Shown: piece by piece, positions 14,347-28,700 of the stretch | Position numbering within the stretch: the first letter of the stretch is position 1 | Layout of the letters: each line of letters opens with the position of its first letter | Assembly (NCBI GenBank): GCA_038087875.1 | Contig: CM075994.1 | Coordinates: forward strand, 2,792,001 to 2,856,000 | DNA from: Malacoraja senta | Taxonomy: Eukaryota | DNA: 64,000 nt | Direction of reading: 5' to 3' | Notes under the pieces: generated by a model | Databases searched by the model: none | What the model saw: the letters and a program-made list of their open reading frames with translations, nothing else | Told to the model about the DNA's origin: nothing | Made by a program: the position numbers and the translations under genes

Positions 14347-16347
14347 CAGTGCCCTCCATAATGTTTGGGACAAAGACTCATCATTTATTTATTTGCCTCT
14401 GTACTTCACAATTTGAGAATTTGTAATCGAAAAAAAATCACATGTGGTTAAAGTGCACATTGTCAGATTTTATTAAAGGCCATTTTATACATTTTGGTTT
14501 CACCATGTAGAAATTACAGCTATGTTTATACACAGTCCCCCCATTTCAGGGCACCATAATGTTTGGGACATGGCTTCACAGGCATTAGTAATTGTTCAGG
14601 TGTGTTTAATTGCCTCCTTAATGCAGGTATAAGGGAGCTCTCAGCACTTAGTCTTTCCTCCAGTCTTTCCATCACCGTTGGAAACTTTTATTGCTGTTTA
14701 TCAACATGAGGACCAAAGTTGTGCCAATGAAAGTCAAAGAAGCCATTATGAGACTGAGAAATAAGAATAAATCTGTTAGAGACATCAGCCACAGGCTTAC
14801 CAAAATCAACAGTTTGGAACATCATTAAGAAGAAAGAGAGCACTGGTGAGCTTACTAATCGCAAAGGGGCTGGCAGGCCAAGGAAGACCTCCACAGCTGA
14901 TGACAGAATAATTCTCTCTATAATAAAGGAAAATCCCCAAACACCTGTCCGTCAGATCAGAAACACTCTTCAGGAGTCAGCTGTGGATTTGTCAATGACC
15001 ACTGTCTGCAGAATACTTCATGAACAGAAATACAGAGGCTACACTGCAAGATGCAAACCACTGGTTAGCCGCAAAAATAGGATGGCCAGGTTACAGTTTG
15101 CCAAGAAGTACTTAAAAGAGCAACCACAGTTCTCGAAAAAGGTCTTGTGAACAGATGAGACGAAGATTAACTTATATCAGAGTGAAGGCAAGAGCAAAGT
15201 ATGGAGGAGAGAAGGAACTGCCCAAGATCCAAATCATATCACCTCATCTGTGAAACACGGTGGTGGGGGTGTTATGACCTGGGCATGTATGGCTGCTGAA
15301 AGTACTGGCTCACTTATCTTCATTGATGATACAACTGCTGATGGTAGTAGCATAATGAATTCTGAAGTGTATAGACACATCCTATTTGCTCAAGATCAAA
15401 CAAATGCCTCAAAACTCATTGGCCGGTGGTTCATTCTACAGAAAGACAATGATCCCGAACATACTGCTAAAGCAACCAAGGAGTTTTTCAAAGCTAAAAA
15501 ATGGTCAATTCTTGAGTGGCCACGTCAATCACCCGATCTGAACCCAATTGAGCATACCTTTTATATGCTGAAGAGAAAACTGAAGGGGACCAGCCCCCAA
15601 GACAAGCATAAGCTGAAGATGGCTGCAATACAGGCAATAGACAATAGACAATAGGTGTAGGAGTAGGCCATTTGGCCCTTCGAGCCAGCACCGCCATTCA
15701 ATGTGATCATGGCTGATCATCCCCAATCAGTACCCTGTTCCTGCCTTCTCTCCATATCCCCTGACTCTGCTATTTTTAAGAGCCCCTATCTAGCTCTCTC
15801 TTGAAAGCATCCAGAGAACCTGCCTCCACCGCCCTCTGAGGCAGAGAATTCCACAGACTCACCACTCTCTGTGAGAAAAAGTGTTTCCTTGTCTCCGTTT
15901 TAAATGGCTTACTCCTTATTCTTAAACTGTGACCCCTGGTTCTGGACTCCCCCAACATTGGGAACATGTCTCCTGCCTCTAGTGTGTCTCTAGGCCTGGC
16001 AGAGCATCACCAGATAAAACACCCAGCAACTGGTGATGTCCGTGAATCGCAGACTTCAAGCAGTCATTGCATGCAAAGGATATGCAAAAAAACAAAAAAC
16101 ATGACTACTTTCATTTACATGACATTGCTGTGTCCCAAACACTAAGTGCCCTGAAATGGGGGGACTATGTATAAACACTGCTGTAATTTCCATATGGTGG
16201 AACCAAAATGTATAAAAATATTTATTAAAATCTGACAATGTGCACTTTAACCACCTGATTTATTTCTATTACAAATCTCAAATTGTGGAATACAGAGACA
16301 AATAAATAAATGATGGGTCTTTGTCCCAAACATTATGGAGGGCACTG
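14347..16347 (+). mobile_element. Tc1 DNA transposon, IR/DR type, transposase pseudogene
   Basis: Ends CAGTGCCCTCCATAATGTTTGGGACA and its inverse; ~225-bp TIRs with inner direct repeats; TA on the left, CA (mutated TA) on the right; transposase from 14707 with TDET, KDNDPEH, SPDLNPIE; internal stop and a CR1 insertion; splits a SINE. Confidence 0.92.
15636..15991 (-). mobile_element. CR1 LINE 3' fragment inside the Tc1 transposase
   Basis: SRTRGHSLRI..FFSQRVVSLWNSLP; (CTATTGT)n tail. Confidence 0.88.
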
Positions 16348-17082
16348 CACATCTTTGGAGTATGGGAGGAAACTGGAGCACCCGAAGAAAACCCAGGCAG
16401 TCACAGGGGAAACGTACAAGCTCTGTACTGCCAGGATCGATCACGGGTCTCTGCTGCTGTAAGGCAGCAACTGTACTGCTGTGCCGCAACATTAAATTAG
16501 GTGCTGTTTAATCTCTCAGATCAATGCAAATGATCTTACGCTTGAAGAACAGAGGAGTTGTCTCTGATTAACCCTTTAGGCAATATTACAATAATATAAT
16601 TTTCTTATTATCACAATGTAATTTGCAGGAGCAATTATTTATAGCATTAACATAGATACATGGACAATAAGTCAGGAGTAGGCCATTCAATGTGATCATG
16701 GCTGATCATCCACAATCAGTACCCCGTTCCTGTCTTCTCCCCATACCCCTTGATTCCGCTAGCCCTATCTACCTCTTGATGATTGCAATTCAGAAGTGCC
16801 TCATTAGTTGTCAATTCTTTGGGCATCCTAATTGGAATTAGCTGGCCATTTTATAAATTCAAGTAATTTTACCTTTCCACTGGATTCTGGCCAACTGGCC
16901 TAATCTGTTTCTTGAGAGGCTGTAATGTTGCTACCTTCCTAGCTGTGGTGATTGTTCAGGTATGTAGGACATCCAGCAGGATCAGAAGTAATCCATCAAC
17001 ATTGTTTTGGTTACTTCCTTTAATGAAAACTTGTATGAAGGAATTCCGGTTCAGGGGGGTCTGTGGATTTCAGCCTCATTAA

Positions 17083-17774
17083 CATTGAAAGTAGGCATGC
17101 AGGTGCAGCAGGCAGTGAAGAAAGCGAATGGTATGTTGGCCTTCATAGCAAGAGGATTTGAGTATAGGAGCAGGGAGGTTCTACTGCAGTTGTACAGGGT
17201 CTTGGTGAGACCACACCTGGAGTATTGCGTACAGTTTTGGTCTCCAAATCTGAGGAAGGACATTATAGCCATAGAGGGAGTGCAGAGAAGGTTCACCAGA
17301 CTGATTCCTGGGATGTCAGGACTTTCATATGAAGAAAGACTGGATAGACTTGGCTTATACTCGCTAGAATTTAGGAGATTGAGAGGGGATCTTATAGAAA
17401 CGTACAAAATTCTTATGGGGTTGGACAGGCTAGATGCAGGAAGATTGTTCCCGATGTTGGGGAAGTCCAGGACAAGGGGTCACAGCTTAAGGATAAGGGG
17501 GAAATCCTTTAAGACCGAGATGAGGAAAAACTTTTTCACACAGAGAGTGGTGAATCTCTGGAACTCTCTGCCACAGAGGGTAGTTGAGGCCAGTTCATTG
17601 GCTATATTTAAGAGGGAATTAGATGTGGCCCTTGTGGCTAAAGGGATCAGGGGGTATGGAGAGAAGGCAGGTACGGGATACTGAGTTGGATGATCAGCCA
17701 TGATCGTATTGAATAGCGGTGCAGGCTCGAAGGGCCGAATGGCCTACTCCTGCACCTATTTTCTATGTATCTAT
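17083..17774 (+). mobile_element. CR1 LINE 3' end, well preserved
   Basis: LVRPHLEYCVQFWSP..RRLRGDLIETYKI..TRGHSL..RVVNLWNSLP followed by 3' UTR and tail. Confidence 0.92.
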
Positions 17775-18589
17775 CTCCAGAATCATTTCCTAACCCACAC
17801 TAATTTCCGTATGTTCCTCATTTTAAGCATATTTTTGGTTCTCCACAAATTCTGGGGTGTTTTTCTGCCTTCTACCATGCAATTACCAATCATTAATTTG
17901 ATCTCTTTATTGCCCATTACAAATTCTCTTGCCTCTGCATGTAAGAATCCCAAATTTAATTCTGTTTCATTTCATATATTTATATATATCTTTTGGTGAT
18001 TTTCCTATCAGCATTATATTTTCTCTTGTTCTCAATATCTTGATCATCCTCTATGGAATTTAACTGTACTTCCAATGCTCAGCTTTGCTCTGAGACAGGG
18101 TGGCATGGAGGTGCAGCTGGTAGAGACCTCGGTTCGATCCTGACCTTGGGTGCCATTTGTGCGGAGTTTGCAAGTTCTTCCCATGATCACGTGGGTTTCC
18201 TCCGGGTGCTCCAGTTTCCTCCCACATACCAAAGACATACGGGTTTGTAGGTTAATCGGCTTCTGCAAATTGCCCCCGGTGTGTCGGAAGAGGATGAGAA
18301 AGTGGGATAATATAGAACTAGTGTGAACAGGTGATCCATGGTCGGCATGGACTCAGTGGGCCGAAGGGCCAGTTTGTAGTGTTGAATTTCAGAGAGCATT
18401 GGATTTCAAACCTTGGACTGAACGTATTCTTGAGATGCCCTGGTAAAAATTATACCAATGAGAATTTTGTTGGGGGAGGGTGCAGGGAATACAGGAGAGG
18501 GAAGACTACACACTGACCCAACACAAATGGTTTTGGTTGTTGGGAGTCAATAATCTCCACCTCAAGGTATCATTGCTAGAAATTATTAC

Positions 18590-18960
18590 TCACTGAATAG
18601 TGAAAGGCCTAAATAGAGTGGATGTGGAAAGGATGTTTCCACTGGTGTGAGAGTCTAGGACCAGAGGGCACAGTCTCAGAATAAAAGGATGTACCTTTAG
18701 AAAGGAGATGAGGAGGAATTTCTTTAGTCAGAGAGTGGTGAAGCTATGGAATTCATTGCCATAGATGGCTGTGGAGGCCAAGTCATTGGGTATTTAAAAA
18801 AAGGAGATTGACAGTTCCTTGATTAGTAAGGATGTCAAAGGTTACGGGGAGAAGGCAGGAGAATGGGATTGAGAGTGAAATCGAGATCAGCCATGATTGA
18901 ATGGCAGAGTAGACTCAATAGGTCGAATTACCTAATTCTGCTCCGATGATTTATGAACAT
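18590..18960 (+). mobile_element. CR1 LINE 3' fragment
   Basis: Homologous to the 3' end of the 17083-17774 copy. Confidence 0.75.
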
Positions 18961-19226
18961 GAAATCTTCAGGGCAGTATCCTGAGAAACTATGGCCAGTA
19001 CTGTCAAGAAGGTGAGGCATACCAGCCTTTGCAAAGGTGCACAGGAAATATAACTCTGTAGTAAGTTGTGTAGGCTCTTGAAGTCAAAAACTTTGTGGTG
19101 GTTTTTCTGGTCTCTTGCTCAAGGACCTACTGAATGCATCTTGCACAGTCAGCTTGTGCACCAGAGAAATATCCAAAATGGCTATTGCATTCACCTATTT
19201 CATGCAAAAAGCCACCTTGCTCACTT

Positions 19227-20026
19227 TCGATACGATACGATACAATAGAACTTTATTTATCTCAGGAGGGTAATTGGTCTGCCAGCAGTCATAAAACACA
19301 AGATACATGAAATATAGAATGAAAGTGATGAGTGGAAAGTCCAGGATTAGAGATATACAAAGATAGGGGGGGGAGGGGAGTCTGTCTACCGCACTACAGA
19401 AGGGGGAGGAGCTGTACAGCTTAATAGCCATAGGGAAAAAGGATCTCTTGTGGCGTTCTGTGCTGCATTTTGGTGGAACAAGTTTGTTGCTGAAGGTGCT
19501 CCTCAGGTTGACCAGTGTGTCATGAGGGGGTGGGGTGATCTGTATTGTCCAAGATGCTCCGCAGTTTGAGAAGGATCCTCCCCTTCAAGACCACCTCCAA
19601 TGAATCCAACCTCCCCCAGGACAGAGCCAGCCTTCCTGATGAGCTTATTAATTCTGTTGGCGTCCGCGGCCTTCACCCTGCTATCCCAGCACACGACAGT
19701 GAATAAGATGACACTGGCTACCACCGATTGGTAGACCATCTGCAACATCTTACTGCAGATGTTGAAATAGCGGAGCCTCCTCAGAAAGTACAGCCGGCTT
19801 TGTCCCTTCTTGTACAGTGCCTCAGCAATCCTGAACCAGTCCGGTTTACTGTCCATGTAAACTCCAAGGTACTTGTACTCCTTGGTAAACTGCATATCCA
19901 CACCCTTAATGGAGACAGGGGACAGGAGTGTTCCTCTTTTCTTAAAGTCCATCACTAACTTCTTAGTCTTGTCGGTGTTGAGCTGCAGGTGATTCAGCCC
20001 ACACCACTCAACAAAGTCTTTGACTA
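19227..20026 (-). mobile_element. Rex1/Babar LINE 3' part (host of the Gypsy insertion; continues at 25776-25880)
   Basis: YKYLGV..KKGQSRLYFLRRLR; (TATCG)n tail; RT continuation CHLQNFLDDSAIVGCI beyond the second LTR. Confidence 0.85.
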
Positions 20027-23000
20027 TGTTGTGTTTGACGGCTAATAACTCACAATCGACTCTTATTGTTCCGAGCCTGTCAGTGTGTTTATTTCAAGAC
20101 AAAATGGCTGCGTTGAAACTAGTCAAGATGGCCCCGGACTCATTCCGAGGAAAACATACATTTTGGGGCAGCGCCCTCTAGTGGTGACTAAGGACAGTTA
20201 CCCAGACACAGCATATTTTCCCCTCCTTGTAAATGAAGACGACCATTATCCAATCCAATCGTCAGCTGACCAACGACCTGAATGAGTTTTACTGCAGGTT
20301 TGAAAATCAGAAACGTAACCCTGGTACCACCTCCCCAACCAACACAGCCAGACCCCAATCTACAAAGAATGGACCCTGCACCCTCTCCTTCCCATTCACC
20401 ACTTCACACCTACTTAAGGCAAGCCTCCAGTATGAAAAGACTGGACCATTTCCCACCCCAACCAACACTTCACACCAACTCACAGCCTGACCTCAGTCTG
20501 CAAAGACTGTGCCGTTCTACACCCACCCCCCTCCAATCACCACTTCACACCCAATCACCCACACCCTCTGTGCTGCAAAACATCACTTATCTAATACCAA
20601 CAATAAAAATAGAGGTGGAGAGGCTTTTCTGAGGACAAAAAAGCCAGAAATCTCCAGGACCTGATAATGTTTCCCCCTCTACTCTTAAGCTCTGTGCCAA
20701 ACAGCTGGCACCGGTCTATACAGACATTGTTAACCAGTCCCTGCAAACATGTACTGTCCCTGCCTGCTTCAAAATCTCCACTATTGTCCCTGTACCCAAA
20801 AAGGCATGGATTACTTGTCTTAATGACTACGGGCCTGTCGCACTGACCTCTGTAGTCATGAAGACACTCGAAAGGCTTGTGCTGGCCAAGCTGAAAAATA
20901 TCACAAACCCCCTGCTGGACCCTCTGCAGTTTGCATATCGGGCCAATAGATCTGTGGATGATGCAGTCAACCTGGGCCTGCACTTCATCCTACAGCACCT
21001 AGATCGCCAGGGGACCTATGCGAGGATCCTGTTTGTTGATTTTAGCTCTGCATTCAACACCATTGTGCCAGAGCTACTACACTCCAAACTTTCCGAGTTG
21101 ACTGTGCCTGAACCCCTCTGTCGGTGGATCACCAGCTTCCTGACAGACAGGAAGCAGCATGTGAGGCTGGGAAAGCACATCTCGGACGTGCAAACGCTCA
21201 GCATAGGAGCACCGCAAGGCTGCGTACTCTCTCCTCTCCTCTACTCTCTCTACACCAACGACTGCACCTCCACAGACACCTCTGTCAAGCTTCTCAAGTT
21301 TGCAGACGAAACAGCCCATCCTTGGACTGATCCAGGATGGGGAGGAATCTGCCTACAGACAGGAAGTGTCACAGCTGGCGTCCTGGTGCCATCGCAACAG
21401 CCTGTAGCTCAATGGTCTTAAGGCAGTGGAATTGATTGTAGACTTTGGGAGAGCTCCCCCTCCCCTCACCCCACACAGTCACATCTGTGGAGTCTTTTAA
21501 GTTCCTGGGAACCATCATCTCCAAGGACCTTAAGTGGGGGGCTACCATCGACTCCACAGTCAAAAAGGCACAACAGAGGATGTACTTCCTGCGGCAGCTG
21601 AGGAAGCACAAACTGCCACAAGCAATGATGGTCCAATTCTATACGGCCATCGTAGAGTCTGTCCCCACCTTCTCCATCATGGTCTGGTTTGGCTCAGCCA
21701 CCAAGCACGACACCTGGAGGCTGCAGCGAATCGTCTGATCAGCTGAGAAGGTTATTGGCTGCAACCTTCCCTCCATTGATGAACTGTACACTGCAAGGGC
21801 CAGGAAGCGAGCGGGCAAGAACATCTCTGACCCCTCTCACCCTGGCCACAAACTCTTTGAATCACTTCCCTCTGGAAGGCGACTCCGGACTGTCAAAGCT
21901 GCCACAGCCAGACATAAAAACAGTTTTTATCCATGAGTAGTTGCTCTACTCAACAGCCAAAAATCTGTAGCCTCCCTTTGATCTGGAATTTTGTTGGTTC
22001 GCATGCTTGATCAATGGTGTTTTATCATTAATGTTTTATTATTATTAATGTTTAGTGTTTTCTGAGTCATTCGTAACTCACTGTATGTCATGTTGTTACT
22101 TGTGGGCGGAGCACCAAGGCGAATTCCTTGTATGTGAATACTTGGCCAATAAACTTACTTACTTACTTACTTACTTAAATGTCCGCCATTAATAAACGGA
22201 AGCCCCAAAATATAACGGTTTATGGCTTCACAGCTGAAAATCTTGCAGATACTGAGGTTTCCTCTTCTGTTGCTGAGAGCGTCGAACGGGATTTGGCTGC
22301 TCTGCTGTATGCTGAACGTGATCGTTGTCTTGGCTGGATATCGGGAAAGGAAAAGCGTCCGGTTCGTCTTCTTCCTTTCCCTGTCTGCTTGGGATGAGAC
22401 GCCTCGCGTTCCATCTGGTGTGGTCTTGGAGGAGGTACGCGTTCTTACCGAGTCTCCGTTTGATCTGTATCGGCTTTGAGAGTGCGCTTGCGAGCTTATG
22501 CTATCTGTTTGGGCGTCTGATTCATACCTTGAACCGCAGCGCTCGTACTCTGCGTTTGGCATCACGTACATTTTCCCTTTTGCTTGTCTGTGTGCTATCG
22601 TTTCCGCTCTCGCTTTTGTGTCTTGATTTGGGCGCAATGGTGGTTGAAGAGCATTCGGTTTCGTTCGCAAGTTTCGCCCTATCATCAACTCTGCTGGTGT
22701 TTTCCCAGTCAGCGTGTGCGGTGTGGATCTGTAGGATCGGAGGAGGATATGGATTGACTGTTCGAATGTGCTCCAACAACATGCTCGCTTTTACGCTTTC
22801 TTTGAATCGTTCAACCCCGCTGTTAGATTGGGGATTGTATCGAGATGTCCGCGGATGTTGAATGTTGTAGCTCGATATGAAGGTGGAGAACTGTTCAGAT
22901 ATGAACTGTGGGCCGTTGTCTGTTGTTATGACCTCCGGCAGTCCCCACTTAGTGAACAGCTTTTCGAGAATCGCGATGATCGAGCTTGTTGTGACTGAAG

Positions 23001-25775
23001 AAGTAGTTACGATCACAGGCCACTTGCTGTGGAGATCATGTACTACAAGTAGAAACTTGTAGGCTTCTTGGTGCAGCTTGCACCTCTCCGAAGATGTCAA
23101 CTTGCAAGTGCTTCCACGTTTGTCCGGCCATGGGATTGGCTGAAGAGGGGCAGGACGTGGTTTTGTTGACTTCTCGCTAATTGTGCATGCTTCACAATTA
23201 TTGACAAAATCTTCTACGCGGCGACACCGTTGTTTCATCTTAACAACGCCCGGGTGTCCTTCGTGTGCCAGTTGTAACACACGGTGTTGCAGTGATTTGG
23301 GTATAACCACTCGAGTTCCACGCGTGACACAGGTATCGTTAAACACTGCCAGTTCGTGGCGTACCCGGTGGTATGGAACCAAGTCGTCTGCTATCTCCTT
23401 GGGCCAGTCTGTCTTGAGATACTGGCAGACGGTTTCCAATGTGCCGTCAGCTGTCGACTCTGCTTTCAGCTCTTCCCGCGTTACTAGATTCGCCGTCGCT
23501 TGCAAAATCACCATGAGAACGTAGTCGTCGATGTCGCTTGAAGCGTCACTATCGCGTGTGCGTGCGGGTGCCACCGTTGGGATGCGACTGTGCATGTCTG
23601 CGATGCGATTGCATGAATCTGCGAGATATTCGACTTTGAAATTGTACTGGTGAAGGCGATCGGACCATCTGTAGATCCGGAGCGGACGATGTCCTGAGCC
23701 TGATGTATCCAGTAACGTAGTTAGCGCTTGGTGATCCGTACGGAGAGTGAATGGTCTCCCGTATAGGTATATGTGCCAATGTTCACACGCGTAGATGCAC
23801 GCTAATGTTTCGTGTTCCCCGGTGGACTACTTGCGTTCGGTTGCAGTCAAGGGACGGGACGCGAATGTGATCGGTCGTTCGCTTCCATCGATGCACTGCG
23901 ATAACACTGCTCCGATCGCGATACTGGAAGCATCTGTTGTGATGTACGTTTCAGCACTTGGGTCGAAGTGCACGAGAACAGGCGGAGATGCTATTTTGTC
24001 TTTCAGCGTGCTGAACGGGATGTCCTGCTCATTTGTCCATTCCCACTGTGTGTCTTTCCATAGCAGCTTCTGTAGCGGTTCTGCGATCTGTGCGTACTGC
24101 GACACAAACTTGCGGTAGAAGTTGGTGGTGCCCAGAAATGAAGCTAACTCTTTCGCGTTTGTTGCGGTGGGGAGCGGGTTGATGGCTTGGACATTGTCCG
24201 GACTAGCTCAACTCCAGTCGCTGTCACTCTGTACCCGAGAAAATCAATCTCGGATGCTGTAAATGTGCACTTTGCTGCGTTGAGCGTCAAGTTGTATTGC
24301 GCGAGACGAGCTAACACTGCATCCAGTCGTCGATCGTGTTCCTCCTTGTCCCCGCCATGGACGACGACATCGTCGAGGAGGTTGAGTGTTCCGTCAATGC
24401 CTGACAGAACCGACGCCACAATTTTTTGAAATGCGCTAGGCGCTGAGCACAGTCCATACGCATCCTACGGTACTGAAATACTCCTTCATGTGTAATGAAT
24501 GCTGACAAATGCCGACTGCGTTCTGCTAGTGGTACCTGAAGGTAGCTTCGGCGCATGTCTAGTTTTGTGAACACTGTTGAACCGTGGAATGGCGCAGATA
24601 GCTCTTGTATTGTTGGCAGAGGATATTTGTCCGGAATGATGGCTTTCTTGACCGATTTGAGATCGATGCAAAGTCTGAGTTCACCGTTCTTGCGTCGCAA
24701 GCACCTATTGACCCAACATCCTGGTCAGCCCTGTTCTTTATGGAGTATACGTCGTGTACACCTGGAGATTCATCGTCTACATGGCAGACAGATGACGCTT
24801 TCTTCTTCGACGACCGGCAGACTTTCGCGAAGTGATTCCGCTTTGAACACGCGTTGCACCGTTTACCGTAAGCTGGTCATTCCTTGGGAGCGTGTGTCCG
24901 GCCAGAATTCGGACACTGCTTGTTTGAGCGACTGTTTTTTGACTGTTTCTGAATGACTTGCACTGATGCTGTGTTCATCTGATGAGATGAGTGACTAGAT
25001 GCTCCCTCAGTACTTGCCATCGAATGTTGTTTGAGCACCTTGGCATCATGCATCACACTTTCAATTTGCACAGCTAATTCTTGTGCCTTTTCAAGTTTGA
25101 GATCATCATCCTCCATTAGAAGGCGCGCTCTGATCCGTGGGATAGAAGTCTTTTCTATCAGCTGGTCTTTCACCAACTCATCAGTCAGTGACCCAAAATT
25201 GCACTTTGCAGCCAGTTCTATCAATGAAGAAACAAATTGCTTCACTGGTTCGCCATGTCCCTGTGAACGCTGACAAAAATGGTATCTCTCTATCATCATA
25301 CTTGTCTTTGGGCCAAAATATTTGCCAAGTGCAGTAACAGCATTACTGTACTCACTCGTAGCAGCACTGTCCAACTGCGAAGATCCGCTGTCCCTCTGTT
25401 CTGAGGCAATGCAGCAGGATCACTCGGCGGCGAGCGTCCGAAATGGCCTCGCCGTCCAGGCCGCTTGCGATCAAGTATGCAGTGAATCTTTCAAACCATC
25501 ATGTCCATGGTACAGGAGGCTCTCCTGAACTTTCCAAGAATGGAGATGGGGCAGCGAGAGTTAAACTAGCCATCCTCGTCACCAGATGTTGTGTTTGACG
25601 GCTAATAACTCACAATCGACTCTTATTGTTCCGAGCCTGTCAGTGTGTTTATTTCAAGACAAAATGGCTGCGTTGAAACTAGTCAAGATGGCCCCGGACT
25701 CATTCCGAGGAAAACATACATTTCGGGGCAGAGCCCTCTAGTGGTGACTGTAAGGACAGTTACCCAGACACAACA
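20027..25775 (-). mobile_element. Gypsy LTR retrotransposon (Mag-like), both LTRs present, decayed
   Basis: LTRs 20027-20213 and 25587-25775 (TG..CA); 5-bp TSD GACTA (20022-26 and 25776-80); PBS TGGTGACGAGGATG (tRNA-Ser-like) overlapping the gag ATG; PPT at 20214-20228; gag, RT (LDDVVV), RNase H (TDAS) and integrase (HEGHPG, TDNGPQF) fragments. Confidence 0.93.
20236..22175 (+). mobile_element. Rex1/Babar LINE, 5'-truncated, nested in the Gypsy element
   Basis: [42 protein letters not shown]; (TTAC)n tail; possible TSD TAAATG (20230-35 and 22176-81). Confidence 0.9.
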
Positions 25776-28700
25776 GACTACACTTCTGTATTCAGCTTCC
25801 CTCCCCTCACTGATGCAGCCCACAATTGCAGAATCATCTAAAAAGTTCTGCAGGTGGCAGGAGTCTGAGTTATACATATCTGAAGACCCCAGTAAATTAA
25901 CTTCTACCACCAGTTGGCAAAAAGCAGTAAAACTACAAGGATGGTCCTCTAGAACGTCAGAGTTCAGGAATCAAGAGTGTCAAGAGAGTTCAATTGTCAT
26001 ATGCACCGAAATGAAACAATGAAATTCTTAATTACAGTAGCAAAATAGGTCTGTAAGCACAGTTGTGGATAGATAACATAATAAAGCAAACTAAAAAAGT
26101 TCAGTAAATTAAAAAAAACCCAATATTATTGCAACACAAAACAAAAGTCCAAAGTCCCTATTGCACCCAGGACAGTTTAGTTGGTTTATGTAGTATTAAA
26201 TACCTGATGGTTGTTGGGAAGAAGCTATTTCTTAACCTGGAGGTCATGGTCTTCAGATTCCTTGAATTAGAATGGATTTAGAAAAAGGATGAAAAAGAGA
26301 AACTTGTTATTGTATCTGCCCTTTCATATTCCTTACAGAATGTCCCAGTATTTGTGAAAACCAATGATTTGCATTTTTTAAATTGCGATGATGGAGACAT
26401 GGAAAATAATTCAGGAACATGGTAAACCCTTGACGAAGACTCCCACACACAACAATTGATCTGGATTGCTATTTCAATAAGGTTGATTAAGGGATAAATA
26501 TTGGCTGGAACACAAAGGAGAACTCCACTGGCCTTTTCCAAAATAGTGCAACGGGATCTTTACCATCTACTTGAGAGACCAGACAGGACCTCAATTCATT
26601 ACCGGATCCAAAAGATGACCTCTCGAAAAGTGCAGCATTCTTTCAGTACTGCTTTGAAATATCAATCCAGACCTTTGTCCTCATATCTTTGGAGGGTTTC
26701 TGAATCAAGAATCTTCTGACTTGGGTGGAACACCATCAATTAGAGTCTAGAGTGAGGTAGTTTTAGTTGAGGTAATTTTAGTTCCATTTACTTGTTTAGG
26801 TTTATTATTGTCACATGTACTGAGGTACAATGAAAAGCCTTGTTTTGCATGCGATCCAAACAGATCAGACATGTCTGAATCAGGTAGATACAATGTTCAA
26901 ACTCAAGTATAACAGATAGGATAAAGGGGAAGATAGAGAATGCAGAATATAGTGCTCAATGTTGTCACTCAACAGGTCCATGGACATAAAGAACCATTGA
27001 ATCATTAAACTAAACTCCAATGTCCATAATAGGGTAGAGGTGAATCAGACAGCACCCTACCCTATGGAAGGACCATTCAGAAGCCTGATAACCAAGGGGG
27101 AGAAGCTGTTCCCAAAGAATTATTGGATATTATAAATCTATAAGATGAACCCCAATTATTAGTTCCACCTGAAAGTCTGACCAGTGGACACAAGTGGAAA
27201 TCCAGTGACTGGTTGGTTTAGAACTGATGCTTGAGAAAAGGTCTTTACTCAATAAGGACAATAATCTGCCAATGGAGTAAGCAAAAACATTGATTAATTG
27301 CGACAAAGGAGAATTGGTTTACTAAACAGGTGACTTTCCATGCTTGAATAGTCTTCTCTCATCCATGAATGTCTGCTTCCTTTATTGGAACTCGGAGGAG
27401 AATCAAGTCAAGTAGCAAAGCGCCACTGTGCAGTACAATCAGTTATTTCAGACTCTGCCATTTGATGATGTCTCCCAACAAAACAAACAAGACTTGCTCT
27501 GCATGTTGATGTAGGGCGGGAAAGAATGTTGTAAATCCCATTACACAGGCCCCATTCTTCTCTTTTAACAAACAATCTCATATCCCTTTCAGCAAAACTG
27601 GATTATGTGCCAATCCTTTTTCTTCTTCTTTATTAGCAGTTGCATAGAATTGAGGAGGTCTACAAGTGTGTTTATTGTACTGATTGATAGGTTTTGCAAT
27701 AGGATAATTATATTTTCTTGATTGGATCACTATGAAAAATGAAAATTGGGGAAGGACAGTGTACAGAGGACATATCATTTTCTAGGTCAATGACATTTTA
27801 GCAATTGTTTTCAATTTTTTTTTTCATAGTGCATATTTATGCTAAGTAATTGTTCCATTCTGTCTTATACATCATCGTGACAGAGAGTGAGTGAGTCATA
27901 GAGTATGGAAACAGGCCCTTCGGCCCAACTTGTACATGCCGACCAAGATAACCCTGCCTTTCCGATGATTGTTTTTAAATTTATTGAGCCATTGTGAAAA
28001 TAGAAGCATGATATAATTTAAATATTTACGAAGAACTGTATATAAAATTATACATTCTTCAATGCCTCTATGAAGATGGATGCATTGACCACTGACTGCA
28101 AAAGGTGAATCCTAAGGGTGGGCTTGGCCATGATCCCTGAGAAATCTGCAGCAACATTTTATGTTCAGTACCCACGTGAAGTATAGATACCGAGGTTTTG
28201 GACATGCCATTCCTTCCACATGCAGCAAGTTCTGCCCACAATGGTCTGCCCAATGGTTACATGTGCAACATCCTTGCACGGCATTAAAAAGTGTTTCTCC
28301 CTGTTGCTAGCATATTCGAAAATGAATAGTACAGAGAGGGCTCCCAGGATATGAATTACTGCCCTTTGGCCCCTATATTGTTGCTCCTGCAAATCTATCC
28401 AAGTGAACAATGGGAGAGAGAACCTGGTGGGAATGGGAAGATTTAAAATTAGAAAATTGTGCATACGACACTGTATCTATGTCTACCTATGCTATTCCAA
28501 TTTTCCAGAGAATATTCCAGGTGATGTATATTGAACAAATGAAAGCTGTTATTGTTTACATTCTGAAATCATTTAAGAGATAAGGATGTATTTGTGTAGT
28601 GCAAAATATTACCAGAACCCAAATTTCTAATCTCTAAATATACCGCGAGCCTGTGTATTTGCATTTAATTGCCAGCAAGCCTTTGTCAGTGTAGTACTGC

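Noticed and set aside
22522..23595. 357-aa integrase ORF as a domesticated gene
   Set aside because: Frameshifted, and lies within an LTR- and TSD-bounded decayed Gypsy element.
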